64,000 bases of DNA from Octopus vulgaris. Taxonomy: Eukaryota. Under the pieces are notes generated by a model, which was not told the origin of the DNA, made no database searches, and saw only the letters and a list, made by a program, of their open reading frames with translations. The translations under genes and the position numbers were made by a program. Position 1 is the stretch's first letter; the number at the start of each line of letters is the position of its first letter. Of this stretch, positions 1 through 14,836 are shown piece after piece. The DNA is taken from contig OX597815.1 in assembly GCA_951406725.2 (NCBI GenBank), positions 47,802,001 to 47,866,000 of the forward strand, read 5' to 3'.

Positions 1-559
1 AATATCGCCTTTGGTCAGCTTCAGATTGCATGTAACAGGTTTGTTGTTGTTGTAGTTGTTGAACCTCGGGTAAACCTGATTAAGGAAACTTAGTTTAATG
101 ACATAGCCTGGACTAGGAAGATCTATTTGACCTGCTTAACGACACAGCTATACCTAGTCCCTTCAAGGAGTATATTATTACTTGTGTCCCCTATTTAAGA
201 TAGTGTTATTAGAGAGAGATTTAACAACTATTTCTAGCTGACCAATCAACTGAATTGAGGTTCTTTTTAACTCGAATGTCCCTCGGTAGAATAACTTTAT
301 TAACAACCAATTTATGCTCTTATTATTGCTTAACCACAGATAAGCTTTCACTAAAGCAGACTTATATTGATGTCCTAAATTTTCCGCAGAAATGTATAAA
401 AAAATATATTATCAAATATCGTCCGTCTTTTTATAAAATGTGTGCGTATGATTTGAGAGATATCTGGGTGTTACTTCTCCCAAGTTGAACTGCCTCATAG
501 TCTCTCACAGGTAAGATTTTATCCTCTTTATATGTAGAAATGTAAGTTAAACAGAAATG

Positions 560-1150
560 TGTGTTGATTAGATGTTTGGTCTCGTGTCTGCATTTTGATA
601 CAATCTCTAATCTTTTGTAGCACTCCCAACAGGCCACAATCTTCGTCAAAGTGAAACGGCATCTTTGCGATCAATTGACAAGGCGTACTGTAGATTTTAT
701 TGCAAACCAAAATATTTTAATATTCTTATTTCAAGTTAGAGATTAACTGCGATAGTGGAGAGATGTTTTTTTTTTGGGGGGGGGGGTCTGTGTGTGTGTG
801 TGTTTTTTTTTTTCGGAAGAAGTGGATATGTTATATATACCTTTTAATTTTATCTTTTAACTTTCTATATTATTCCTTGATGCCATCTTCAAAAATGTTC
901 TTTACCGAAACATATTATTGCCTCTGTGAAGTTTTTTACAATTGAATATGCAGATGTAGTGTTGTAGATGCATTCTGATGGTTCTACTTTTTTATCTAAG
1001 ATACCAGTTAATTATATTGCTTCAAAATATCCAAGTTCTAAAGATGTTTTTGTTTTCATACGCATTCTATTGTAATTGTTGGCCAGCTTTAGGTAATTGG
1101 TACAGCTATGTTTTTCTTTTTTTTTATCAATTCTAGGTATTCGTACTGGG
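560..1150 (-). mobile_element. Degenerate Neptune-type Penelope-like element, C-terminal (GIY-YIG region) relic
   Basis: Minus-strand translation gives KRLEIVSKCRHETKHL, matching the Neptune PLE C-terminal motif (LNKRSELISKCRH..KFLL). It is preceded by a degraded W..K..../RC motif. Many stops. Confidence 0.6.
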
Positions 1151-3644
1151 GCTGAACAAAATCATTTTTTTTATTTCCTTGTTTTTTTTTTGCTTTTATT
1201 GCAACTGTTGTTCTTTATACCCAGATCGACCTTGGTCAAGCAAACCTATGATCAAAAAGTGTTCCAGCTATGACTATCCTGTTTTTTTGTTGTTGTTTTT
1301 TTTGTTTGTTTTTTTGTAGATCAAAACTATATGGGGCACTGCACTCTTCTTTTCCTAAGTCAGTACAATGAGACAAGAGGGTAATGTAGCTGCAATTTTA
1401 GCTGGTCGTGTGACCCCCATAAACGTCTCTTCGTTAGTGCATTTAAATGTTGCTGTTACTGATACTATTACTAATGTATATCTCCTATTTAGTTCTCATC
1501 AAGTATATCTTTCATCAAATCTATTCCATCTTTCACCCTTCTATTTTGTCCCCTTTACACTTTGAAAATTAGTCGATATTGCGTGTGTGTCCGTTATATG
1601 CAATAAAAGCAGTATTAGATTAAAAGCTATCTATGTATCATACTTAATGCAAATACATCGAAAAAGCAAATTTACTACGTCATTCGTCCAGATATAATAT
1701 CTCTTTTTGAAGTACAATGTCTAAAAACACAAACTATTCCGGTAATAGACGGTGTGCATTTCTGCCTCGTTGGGAGTTGTCAGTAGCATGTGCTCACTGT
1801 AAAACGCATATTACGATGAAATCCGTATTTAGCAATAAAATAAAACAGTGATTGAATTGGTGTTGCCATTAGCCGCCCGGCCGAACAAAAATTCGTTATA
1901 TGCAATAGCTTTCTGTTTACCATCAATTGATTTCCAGGAAGTTTATTTCGCTGCAATCTTGGCATTGTGCGGCTAGGAAATGAAGTAAATTATTTTAGAC
2001 TTCGCAAGCGTAGTTCTTTAAATAATAATTAACAAATGAAGGGCATTCATTCATCCCTAAGCCTAGACGAACTGAAGGAAATATTAAAATCAAACACTGT
2101 GTAACACAATATTTGAAAATGTTACAGTTAGATACAAAACAAAATTTTTTTAATCTTAGGCAAAACAGTAAAGCGGTTTTAAGGGCATCAAAATTTAGTT
2201 TAGATTAATTAATTCTTCTAAAAATTAAAAAGTGTACAATACTATTTAGTTATAAATGTAGTTATAAATATGAAATAGTTTGACTATGTTGAAAACACAG
2301 TTCTTTAAAGATGAAAAATGAAACACGATTTTTAAACAAAGTTAATAAAAACCTTACTCATATTAGCTGCAGATAATCAATCCTTCTAAAAGCGAAATAG
2401 GTAAAACTTTTCAAATCGATATCAAATAGATTTATTGTAAATATTAGAGCAGCTTCAAAGCTCACTCAATGGATATTGAATGATTTAAGTGTATAAATGA
2501 CAAACCTAATTTCAGGCTCGTACAGTTTAATATTATTATTAATCGTTAATCTCAAAACCTGGAATGTGGAAAGCTATAATCCTCAAATGCCGACCCCAAA
2601 ATTAATATTATTATTAACTCCAGAAAATCATTACTATTTTACAATAAATTGAAATGGGTTAAAAAAAATAGTGGTGAGGAACTTTTTGACATTATTACAA
2701 CGGGGATAAAATCGCAGATCTAATTCATGTTTCTCCTATATAAGCTTAGCAACGATATAAAGGAGGCAAGTATAATATTATACAGGAATGACGGATCAAG
2801 TGTGGTACATAGCAAAATGGACACGTCATAACATTAGAATGTAACAGTATAAGTTATTTGTTGTAGTCGAGGGTCACCCATTGTAACGGTGTGTATTATG
2901 ATATATGTTGGACTCAGGCAGTTACGAATTGTAAAGTGTTACTGTTGCAAATGAGCAAGATGAAAGAAGAACAGTGATCGAAGTTGTAAACAAGCATTTA
3001 TTTACCGTTACATATTGTTACAGTCAAATACGACGGGCTGGTATGATAAATTCGTAAAGCATGCAAGATAAAGATGAATATCGTAGATTTTCCTTGCATA
3101 GTTCGTGTTTGTGTTCCCGACATTGTGTGGTAGTAAACTACAGATAGAAATAAGGTAATGTTGTAGAGAAGAGAAAGTGAGCTAGTGAAAGTTAGAAAGT
3201 CGAGGGAAGTTGTATGACTCATAGTGGCTGATTGTTTTCTTTCTCCCTCTGGCCGCTTGTGTCAAGTGGTTGTCTGTCTGTGGTCATCCCTAGTTGCCTC
3301 TGTACAACAACTGATTTTGACTTACGGAGTACTAGTATTTATAACTATACAATACTAGTTATAAAAAGAGACATATTGTTGAGAACAATTGATTTCGTTG
3401 GAGGTAAGTGTTATCTCAATTCTAACTTTTCATGGCGTAGAATAAGTCAGGAGGGTCAAGTGTTGAAGACATAAATCGGCTTGGCAAAGCCATATGTTAA
3501 ATGTGACCATTGTTTTTCTGTGAGAAAAATGCTATACAAATATTATGGGAAATATGGAAATTCAGGTTCGAATCTACTCTATGATTAAATGAAGTCACTA
3601 CAAGAAGAAAAAATAATCAGGATATTCACACAACTTTATTTAAT

Positions 3645-4060
3645 AGTCATTGTCACTACTCGTGTCAAAACAGACAATTACTTAGATTTAACATGATCCT
3701 CTGCACTCCTTCCATAAACCAAATATAGAAACTGCTTACTTTAATAGAGCCTCAAATCACCCGCCATCAGTCATCAAACAAATTGAATACAGCTTATGTT
3801 AATAGACGCATTTCGGATGACGCAACCGTCAATATAGCCACCCCATTCAACTTCATTGAAAATATCACTTGCACTGAACCTATCCCAACTAAATTCAAAA
3901 GATGTTGACATAAAAAATTTTTGTGGTTCGATCCACCACATAGTATGAAGGTGGAAAAGTAGCATAACTAGACGCTTCTCCACACTAGTGAAACCCATTG
4001 TCCGCGTTTGCATAAATATAACAAAATATTCAACAATTGTTATATGTTCATATTCGTATA
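3645..4060 (+). mobile_element. Neptune-type PLE reverse transcriptase/thumb fragment (pseudogenised)
   Basis: Across frameshifts it reads NYLDLT, HKPNIETAYFNRASNHPPSVIKQI, WFDPPHSMKV and HKYNKIFN. These correspond to PLE motifs NFLDVT, KPN..LYI...SNHPP.IIKQI, IIWFNPPYS and HKLHKIFN. Confidence 0.75.
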
Positions 4061-4239
4061 TTTTGACAACCACAAAACACCAAGTACTCATCATATAAAG
4101 CATAGTGAATGTATTTATTGAAATAATGTCTACTAAAAGATTAGTTGAGTTCTTTAAAGTCTAGAATTCATCCGTGGGACTCTCAGGAGAATTCTAAAGT
4201 GAACGAAACAGGACTAGTATTATACGAATCATTATTGGA

Positions 4240-4272
<33 letters not shown>

Positions 4273-4339
4273 TTTATTATTTACTATCAGTCATCTGTTG
4301 ACGACGTCGTAGCTCTACGTGTCAGCTTTTGTGGGAAAA

Positions 4340-4570
4340 ACAGTATCAGCTGGCTGCAAGTTTTCGTTGTACAGATTTAATTTCAGAAATTTCCTTCTCC
4401 ATGATGGATTGCCTTCACTACGACTGGTAAGCACCGGCCGTTGACTCTCTTGATTTCTTCCGCCCTTTGTCAGGTCTTGTTTTTCATCCTGCAGAGTGTT
4501 CAAAATCACCATCCTCACCAGTAAAGCTTGGTGTTGCCGGTTTACTTGCCGGCCATCCGACCTTGCAACA
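4340..4570 (-). mobile_element. RTE-clade LINE 5' UTR fragment
   Basis: Minus strand has GGCAATCCATCATGGAGAAGGAAATTTCTGAAATTAAATC, resembling the GGCAACC..CTAGGAGAAGGAAAACTCTGAATTCAAAC motif I recall from RTE 5' regions. GC-richer than its flanks. Confidence 0.45.
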
Positions 4571-4753
4571 AGTTGTACTGGATTGCAATCGTACATAGTG
4601 TTAATAGTACAGTGCTGTGAATACTACGCCAATGGTTCGATGCAAATATAAGCGTAATAATTCAATCATAGTTAGAATATTGTTTATCCACAAATGAGGT
4701 GTAAAGTCATTCTTTCAGTTCATTACTAACGTACATGTATATTTATATATATA

Positions 4754-4818
<65 letters not shown>

Positions 4819-5843
4819 GTGCTTGTACATATAAATGCTTTCTCTTTTTGTCTTTTCCTTTACTTCTATTAGTCTTTGTTTCATCCGAGGAGTAAACAGA
4901 CAAAATCTGTAGATCGTCAGTCAAAATGCTTTCGGTATTGAAGCTGAATTCAAATCTCGCTAGTGTTTGTTACCTTTGCCTTTCGTTCTTCGTTGGTAGA
5001 TAAAACAAAGAACGGGTCAAATACTTGAGCCGATGTAATTGATTGTTTCCTCCAATTTATTTAGTATTATCTTTATTTTTGTCATATCTTCAGTTCCTCT
5101 CTCCTTCTCTATTTCTTCCTTTCTTAGTATTTACGAATTTGATCGATTGATTGATAAAATTTTAGCTATTTATTTTTAATTATTCTAATTAATTAAGTAA
5201 CAAATTTAAAAGTATATTGTTTCTTTCAACCTTTCTTTATTTCTCTTTTGTTTTCTTCTCTGTATCTTTACCGCTTTCTTCCTTTCTGTATTTACGCATT
5301 TGATTGATAGCTTGATTATCCAACTATTCTTTGGAATTCATTCCGAAATATATTACACATTTTAACCAATTAACTACTAACTTTATCAGATTGTAGTTTC
5401 TTGTCCATCTTTTCTCTTGTTTGTACAATCGATTCCTTCAGTTTGTATATTTCATGTGTTTGATTCAACTAAATAAAAATGTATAGGAGAAATGAATTCA
5501 TTTAGTCGGTGATTCACGTATTGTGATGTTGCAGATAAAACAAAGGAGGAAGGTGGTATATGTGCTTGAGGGGGGAAGTGGCAAATGTGCTCGTGTAGGA
5601 TTTGTCAGGTGTGAAGGAAGTTCTAAAGCAGAGTTTCTCATAGAAGGTGATAGTGAACATCGAAAAGTGTTCGAACAAATTGCTATGTTATTGTATACTG
5701 TGTTTCTGCTATTGTACTTTCATCTCTTTAGCAAAAAAAAAAAAAACAAAGAAAGAAATATACAAAAAAGCATTAAAGGAATGTGTGTATGTCTGGTATA
5801 GTTATTAATTGTACCTAATAGTTTTTTTTAATATAAATTTATT

Positions 5844-6098
5844 TTAGTACTTCTAATTTGCATTCTATATATCCATCTTAATGTGAATATACTGTAAAAG
5901 ACACAAACACTGCGGTATTTGTCCTGAGAAGGCATATCATATAGACATATAGTGCTAAAATGCATAAAAACATCATTCGCAGACGAAAAGCGTCTAGTTT
6001 TTTAGCTCTGTATGTCTATACGAGATGCTTTATCAATGTTGTGGTTTCTACAGTATATCCACATTAAGTTGGATGTGCAGAATGCTATTCAGAACTAA
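5844..6098. repeat. Imperfect ~255-bp palindrome (foldback / MITE-like)
   Basis: TCCATCTTAATGTGAATATACTGTA pairs with TACAGTATATCCACATTAAGTTGGA. GCATATCATATAGACATATAGTGCTAAA pairs with TTTAGCTCTGTATGTCTATACGAGATGC. Confidence 0.75.
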
Positions 6099-6289
6099 TC
6101 CTGCTTCCGTCTCTAATAGCAAATTATTACTGCTGATTCACGCTGTGTGACACATAAACAGTATATCGTTTACTTAATGAAGCGTCGTATAAAGTACAAA
6201 TATAAAAATTAGGCTACTCACCACTATGATAGTTTAATTGCCAACTGATGTATGTGGGTGTGCAACGAACAAGAACCCGGGACGTTCTC

Positions 6290-7278
6290 TGGTTCCATTC
6301 CACCCTTCGCTATTAATGTCCAGGCTCGAGTACCTAAACTCTTCTTTGCCCTACTCGAAAAACATTTCTCTAAATCTAACCCCGTTACAAAAGTATTTAA
6401 CCCCCAATCTATAAAATTGTTGTACTCCACCACCACCACCAACAACAACAACATTGCCGGAATAATCCGACATCTTAACAACAAGAAACTCGGAAATCCA
6501 CAACCAGCTAACCCCCACCCTAATATCATAGCTCAACATAATCCCCAGTTCCATACATATCAATCCAGAACACTAATTGACCCCATTACCAACACTAACC
6601 CTCACAACTCTAGCTGTAATTCCACTACTAACACCCGCTCCTTAAATTTACCACTTCGCCCAACTATACCTCATGTAAAAATTAAGAACGATACAGACGA
6701 TACCACCGCACATGATAACTATCACATTATACACCCCCACAACGCCATCCTCAACTTCTTAACAAATACTAATCTTAACGCCACCACTAATAACGAACCT
6801 AACACCGGTTCCTCACTAAACAGCAATCCCTGCACAAATTCATCTGGAACTCTCTCTACACACCTATGCAGCTTCAGACGCCCAACCTCCTGTCCTTTAG
6901 ATAATCACTGTCTCACAAAAAAACATCGTTTAAAAGTGTACAGTATCAGCTGCCAACTGTAACTACTTACATAACGGCTCGTGCAGCACCACCTTCAAAG
7001 CCAGAAGGAGCAACCACTACTCCAGTTTCAAGTCCCAAACAAATTCCAACAGCACATCTCAGCTTATTTATAAACTAAAGAATGATTCAACTCCTAACAC
7101 TCTCAAGTGACCCATAGTCACCCAACCCAAACCACACAGTGGCTATAATAACAAGTGTGATCTCTGCATAGCCGGGGTCTTAGCTCTTATGCAATACACA
7201 GATTGTTTTAATGAAAGCAGCAGTACAATCTTTGCCTGCAAACATCGATCAGTAAATCTATTCTCAAAATACAAATAA
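6290..7278 (+). mobile_element. Neptune-type PLE 3' coding half: linker, Cys domain and GIY-YIG endonuclease (pseudogene)
   Basis: ORF 6252-6962 has PPFAINV...LLEKHFSKSNPVTKVFNPQSIKLLYS and CSFRRPTSCPLDNHCLTK. After a frameshift in the poly-A at ~6917 it reads NIV*KCTV...HNGSCSTTFKARRSNHYSSFK, then KCDLCIA...FACKHRS, ending at TAA ~7278. Confidence 0.88.
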
Positions 7279-7978
7279 CAACATTTCCCCCCACACACCG
7301 CATCTTTTCCCCTAACCTTCTTAAATTTTTCTCCCATATTTACCCCTCACTACAACTATATATTAAACCACCAATACATTCCCTTTAATTCCTTATTGTT
7401 ATTTATATACGTCTCTTTTTGTTTCTCCTTACCATTTATAACCTTTTTCTCTTATTTCATCTGTCTCCCCCTCCACCACCACCACCCACCCCTTCTGTAA
7501 ACTTACAAGTACATACGCCTACATACACCTCTACTAATTCATATCGTAAACATGCTCACCGTACACAACAATATATATTCCTTCATTGATAGTGGTTGTC
7601 GCTACAATTCTTCCCCCATTCTGTCTAGATTTCCACTCTGATACTTGACCACATTTCCTACCTCTTGACCACGAATATTTCCTCACCCTCTTCTCTCCAC
7701 ATTGTCTTTTTTTCAAATACCACTCCCCTTGCTAATCTCTGATTTGGCCAAAATAGCCCTTTTGAATACTACCGGTCAAATGACCTTGCTTAAATTCCTC
7801 ATTCTTCTTACTCACTTATATTTTTATTCCTTTTATTTTTTATTTTTATTCCTAATTTCTTTCTACATTTATATTATCCACTCTTTCTGTGCTGTCCACA
7901 TATTCTGATGGATTCTTCCATGTGTTAACAAGTACCTCCTTGCGACAATGTAAACTTTCATTCAATCAAGATGCCCTT

Positions 7979-8062
7979 GGCCTGACGAGTAGACTGCGGT
8001 ATGAACCTCGCTTGGGTATTTACCACTTCCGAGGTTCCACTCGCAATGAAACATATTTAGCC
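7979..8062 (+). ncRNA. Type-I hammerhead ribozyme motif in the PLE 3' region (slightly degenerate)
   Basis: GGC-CTGACGA-[long stem II incl. GAACCTCG/CGAGGTTC]-GAAA-CATATT-TA-GCC. It lies ~700 nt downstream of the PLE ORF on the same strand. Confidence 0.7.
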
Positions 8063-8296
8063 CGGATCTCATCTACTCCATTCTTTAACTTTTGTATTCT
8101 TATTCGATATCCGGTAGCCCTGATCGCCTATCGGGAAATATAAAGAATTTTATTTCAGTTTATCGTACTTCGATACGAAAAAATCCACAACCTTCCGTCT
8201 CAATAAACCACTATTGCCCTGAAAGCTTTTTTTTTTTTTTTCATATTTACTACGGATTGCTTGACGTTAACTTTCTAAACCTCGATCTTTGGACCT

Positions 8297-8380
<84 letters not shown>

Positions 8381-9239
8381 GGATGACCACTATGTGGACA
8401 ACCCTTATGCTAGAGGTAGATCCGCTATGGTCTTACCACTAAGAAATGTTCTCAAGAATAATTTAGCAAACACCAGAACGTAATCGAGCAAGACAAAAGA
8501 AAAAGCAACAAAAATGTGGATTATTCACATACATGTTTCACTATTAACATTTTTACTTACGCAATTGTCCGTAGATCTTCGGTGTGACCGTCCAAACAAA
8601 TATAATTTGCAGAACTATATACTAGGACATCCGCATAAAGTTAGATCTGTATATGGTTCTGCCTATTACACCCGTGGTTACTATTCAAATGTCTTCGTTT
8701 TGGCGCGCTAAATTACCGGAATAATACTGCAGAAAATAATTAAATTTAAATTAATACGTTCTCTAACTGACAAAGGCCACTGCAGTAAATTATTTCTCCG
8801 CACATTAAAAGCATAGAAGGAATGCGTTTACATTCTTGCGTGTTTTTTTTTTTTATCAAATGCTTAATACGATTTTTCAAAAATGGTTTTTTAATCAATG
8901 AAAATTGTAAGCGTAACTATATGAAAAATCATTAGCGTTGATGAAAATTTACACTGAAAGAGGGAGGGGAACAGGAATACTAAAATTTTATTATCATATA
9001 TTGAAATGACATACTGAGTCTGATATCTGGTAGCAATAATAAACAATTCTGGCCAGGTTTCGAGCGTGTTGAAAATTCCCAGCAAAACAACTTGAGTAGA
9101 TTATACGCTGGAAAGGTTCAATCAGACCTGCACATAATCATATCTAACGCCTAGCCTTAAAATAAAGAATAAATTTTCCCCAAGTATATCAGCCAATTTT
9201 GTGAAATTAATTTTTAACATAGTGATTTCAAATTTTGGC

Positions 9240-9743
9240 AACTGGTACATATTCTCTCGACCCAAAAAGGATGAAAGGCAAAGTCAACCACGGCGAAATT
9301 TGAGCTCAGAACGTTAAGACGGGCGAAATACCTATTTCTTTACTACCCACAAGGGGCTAAACACAGAGGGGACAAACAAGGCTAGACACACGGATTAAGT
9401 CGATTATATCGATCCCAGTGCGTAACTGGTACTTATTCTCTCGACCCCGAAAGGATGAAAGTCAAAGTCGACCTCGGCGGATTTTGAACTCAGAACGTAG
9501 CGGCAGACGAAATACCTATTTCTTTACTACCCACAAGGGACTAAATACAGAGGGGACAAAGACAGACGAACGGATTAAGTCTATTACATCGACCACAGTG
9601 CGTAACTGGTGCTTAATTTATCGACCCCGAAAGGATGAAAGGCAAAGTCGACCTCGACGGAATTTGAACTCAGAACGTAACGGCAGACGAAATACCACAA
9701 AGCATTTCGCTCGGCATGCTAACGTTTCTGCCAGCTCGCCGCC
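9240..9743 (-). mobile_element. tRNA-derived SINE family B, multimeric copy (~2.7 tandem ~183-bp units)
   Basis: Head GGCGGCGAGCTGGCAGAAACGTTAGCA and B-box GAGTTCAAATTCC. The unit GAAAGGATGAAAGGCAAAGTCGACCTCGGCGG occurs three times. Confidence 0.9.
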
Positions 9744-9989
9744 TTATAAATCTGTAACATATTCTTTTCATTGACACTCACTTGTGCATACTGATATTTA
9801 TTAATTCATTTATTTATTTATTTTTATACAGCTAAATAGGAATGTTTCAGTAATTGATAATATTTTGCTTCGATCAGCCCCTTTACATATCATTCAATGC
9901 ATCACATTTAATTTATTTATTCATGCCATTATTCCATTTGAATTATCTCCCCTTCTAACATCATTTTGTTAGCTTTTGTTAGCTTTCCT

Positions 9990-10296
9990 CTTACTGAGAC
10001 ATCGCCTTTGAGTTTAGTCGAAGAATCAACCCCAGTACTTACTTTTCAAAGCTTATTGCTTATTCTTTCGGTCGCTAAGCAACCAGCACCAACTGTCTAC
10101 AGGTGGTAGGGGACAACCACAAAGACACAAACATATAGCTACGAACGTACACACACACACACACACACACAGAGGATGGGATTCTTTCAGTTTCAGTCTA
10201 TCAAATCCGTGAAAACATGTGCAAGGTGCTATGCAGTGGGACTGAACCCGGAATAATGTGGTTGGGAAGCAAACTTCTTACCACATTGCCACACGT
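9990..10296 (-). mobile_element. tRNA-derived SINE family A, degraded copy
   Basis: Reverse complement of GTGGTAAGAAGTTTGCTTCCCAACCAC...GGGTTCAGTCCCACTGC, with an internal (CA)n. Confidence 0.8.
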
Positions 10297-10657
10297 GCTT
10301 CTATAAATTTCACTCTCTATTCTTTGAGAGTCGCGAACAATTACTAAGAGAAAAATAATACCAGTTTTTGTTGTTTTTTTTCTCATCGTTTGTCATTCAA
10401 TACAACGGCTAAAAGACATAATTTTGGGCGTGAAAATAGTTTGCCGATTAAGCAATTTAAAATAATTACTTCGGAAAATTCCCCAAGAGTTTCTTTTCTA
10501 TGAGGAACATATATTTTTATAATGAACCGAAATAAATTTTAATCACTTGAAATTTTGACCGCAATGAGAAGAAAGTTCGTTAACGTTAATGAGAATTACT
10601 TTCAAAAGAAAAAGGAGAAAACTTCCTGAATTGCAGTTAGCCAGATATTAAGGGAAA

Positions 10658-10709
<52 letters not shown>

Positions 10710-11229
10710 TCTGTGTGTGTGTGTGCACTTTCTGCGTTAGCGATGCGTGTCTCCAATCACCGCTTGGACAACCGTTGATGGTTGGTTTACGCCCTGTTAA
10801 TATAACGGCTCGACAAAAGAGAATAATACAATAAATACCAGACTTTAAAACTAAGTACTGGGGTCGATTTGTTCAACTAAACCCTTCAAGGTGCTGCCCC
10901 AGTATGGCCGCATTCCAATTACTGAAACAAGTAAAGATAAAAGATACAGAAATATCGTGGGATAGTTATGTGTATATGTATGTAATTAGAAATATTGAGG
11001 GGAAGTTACACACATATAATGTATATGTGTGTGCGCATGTATGTATGTATGTATGTATGTATGTATGTATGTGTGTATGTATGTATGTATGTATGTATGT
11101 TTGTATGTACGTATGTATGTATGTATGTATGTATGCATGTATGCATGCATATATGTATACAGAAATACTAAGGAAAAGTTATCTGTGTATGCAGAAATCT
11201 TTAGTGAAAATTATGTGTGTATGTATGCA

Positions 11230-11742
11230 TATAAAACTATTCAGAAATGTATGCAGCCATCAGTTTTGTTGAGGGTCGCTTCGAAATCATTTGGTGTGTC
11301 TGCACGTCCTTATCTCCAGCGAGAATTTTTCTCCGTGACAAAATGCAGTGAATGATTTTCTTACGTGTTCGAATATGCCTGAAGCATATTCGAACTGGTC
11401 GTAAGTTTATATTTAGGCACATCACTACTTAGCGCTTCTATTCCATATTTTATTAAGGCCAATCTGCCGATTAGCCCAAACAATCTCAGTACGCTGATTG
11501 CAATAAGATAACAGATGTATTTCAAGTCAGTTCATGGCGCCTCCCGCTTCTAATGTCTGATGTTGAAGAGGAGATAACTACTCCGAAATGCATGTGTCCA
11601 GCAGTTGGTTGGAAGGCGCTCCGAACTGATTTGGTATGTTTACACCTGTTTCACTACAGCGAGAAATTTTCTCCATGGCAAAATAAAGTGAATGGCTTAC
11701 GTTACAGGTTCGAATATACCTCAAGCTTATTCGAACTGGTAA
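11230..11742. repeat. Diverged direct duplication (~170 bp; 11230-11400 and 11580-11742), each copy ending in a hairpin
   Basis: Shared GAAATG.ATG, ATTTGGT.TGT, CAGCGAGAA.TTT.CTCC.TG.CAAAAT..AGTGAATG and GTTCGAATAT.CCT.AAGC.TATTCGAACTGGT. Confidence 0.8.
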
Positions 11743-11755
11743 AGTTTGTGTGTGT

Positions 11756-11888
<133 letters not shown>

Positions 11889-12336
11889 CGTGCGTGTGTG
11901 TGAGTGTGTGTATATGTAAAAAGAAGGTATAAGTGATTTCTTTGTATGGGAGGACGGGTCGAAATATTCATCAAATCGGAAACCTAGCGAAAAATCTTTC
12001 AAAATGAACTCTACTAAAGCCAAACAAGTTCTATGTGGGAGCGTTGAACCAGGCGGTGGATTATGTCTAGCAACCAAGAACAGCAACAATATTTCCAACG
12101 TGCTTTCAGAGTGCATTTGCGTTATCGTATATTTGTAAGTGTATGTAATTTCATTCAGAAGCGCTTTGATCAACTCAAGGTTATGGTAAAAGACATTTGC
12201 CCAAATACCGCTCAGTGCAATTAAATCGGGTGATTGAATCTGAAACCAGAGAGCTGCGATACCAACCTTTCATCCCATTCGATATATATATATTTACATA
12301 CATACGCACACACACAAACGCACACACTCACACACA

Positions 12337-12387
<51 letters not shown>

Positions 12388-12543
12388 TATATATATATAC
12401 ATATATACATATATACACATACACACTTATATATTCATATGTATATATATAAGTTCAGCAAAATTTAGATTCAGATGAATATGGTACTTAAGTTAAAGGC
12501 ACCAGAATTTAGTATGGTATTATCCATATAAATCAACATACAA

Positions 12544-12584
<41 letters not shown>

Positions 12585-13419
12585 CTTACATATAAACATA
12601 TATATACACATACATACACACATAAATATACATACATATAAACATATATACATGCATATAAACATATATATACACATATACATACATATATATAAACACA
12701 TATATACATATCTACGCACACAGACACACACGCACACATCCTAATACACATATACATTAATACAAACCTATATACACATGTTTACATTCATACGCATACG
12801 TCCATCTTTGTATAGAAACACAGACCGCTGCATATGTAGATACTCATACTTCCATACGCAAATACACGACCATACACTCACATATACACACACGTACTTA
12901 CACATATACACATACGTGCATACAGAAACATACTTACTTAAATACATACACAGTGACGAATACATATATATAGTTGCCTACACACATGCAAACATGTACA
13001 TAAACACATCTACATACACATATACACATAATCACACTCATATATGTATACGTAAACACAAATGCACATATAGATACGCTTATACATACGTACTTAGATA
13101 TATTAAATTCTTATACACATATAAAAATACATACATAAATACATACATAAATACATACACACATAAATACATACATACATACATACATACATACATACAT
13201 ACACACACACAAACTGTTACGTTGATGTAAATACACTCCATTGTTTCTGATATTTAATTAAAAATTTGTCACTATCCGAAAATAATTGAATTACGCTTAA
13301 TGCTTTCCACGACATAATGTGTAGAGAAGCATAATACGGAGGGTGGGGATGAATATACATGTTTGCGCGCGCGCGTATATATATATATGTATGTATGTTT
13401 ATAAATATATATATGTATG

Positions 13420-14017
<598 letters not shown>

Positions 14018-14404
14018 TATATATATACATATACACAAACACACACATACTAGTACACTATATGCGTGTATGTGTAATATATATGTGTGTGTGTGCGTGT
14101 GTGTTTGTGTGTTTGTGCCTCTCTCTGTGTATGTATGTGTGTGCCCGCGCGTGTATGTATGTGTATGTGTTTGAGTTTCTGCTTGTGTGCGTGAGAGCGC
14201 GCGGACGATTTAGCAGACATGTTAGAGCATTGGATAAATTCCGTTCCGGACATCAATGTTTTGAGTTCAAATAACTGAGTTCTTACATAAAGCACTAATC
14301 TTCTTCTGAGGTCTACTCTTCTCTCTCACACACAGTCTTCTTTCCTTTCCCTTTCTCTCTGTCTGTCTCTCTCTCTTCCCCCCCTCTCTCTCTCTCTCTC
14401 TCTT

Positions 14405-14444
<40 letters not shown>

Positions 14445-14499
14445 GTGCCCCAACATAACCACGGCTCATGAGTTGAAACTGGTTCAGTTCAGTTCAATT

Positions 14500-14735
14500 C
14501 AATATATATATAAATATACACTAGCAACAAAACTAACAACAACAAGCAACAAGTGGGCGTGCACAAGGAATGTATTTGTTTGATGCTCGATAAAAAGAGG
14601 TAGTTTTGACGTTTCGAGCATAAGTCTTCGTCGGAAAGTAGAAAGGGAAAAGTTCAAAGAAGGAAAAGAAATTGCCAACAACACGTGTGTAGTTACATGC
14701 TCTTGTATAGCCATACATGTATGTTCGAATATGTA
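14500..14735 (-). mobile_element. Short non-coding HHR-bearing element (HHR at 14604-14638, degenerate) between (TA)n tracts
   Basis: Minus strand reads CTTT-CCGACGA-AGACTTATGCTC-GAAA-CG-TC-AAAA. Homologous to 35372-35567. Confidence 0.7.
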
Positions 14736-14771
14736 TATATATATATATATATATACAATCATACATATAAA

Positions 14772-14772
14772 C

Positions 14773-14836
<64 letters not shown>

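Noticed and set aside
1750-1800. Possible pre-miRNA hairpin
   Set aside because: Pairing is too weak and no known mature miRNA is recognisable.
2882-3470. Possible solo LTR on the minus strand (TGTAAC end, AATAAA and TATA-like motifs)
   Set aside because: I could not identify the second terminus or a TSD.
9240-9743. CRISPR-like regularly spaced repeats
   Set aside because: Whole ~183-bp units repeat with no unique spacers. This is a SINE multimer in eukaryotic DNA.
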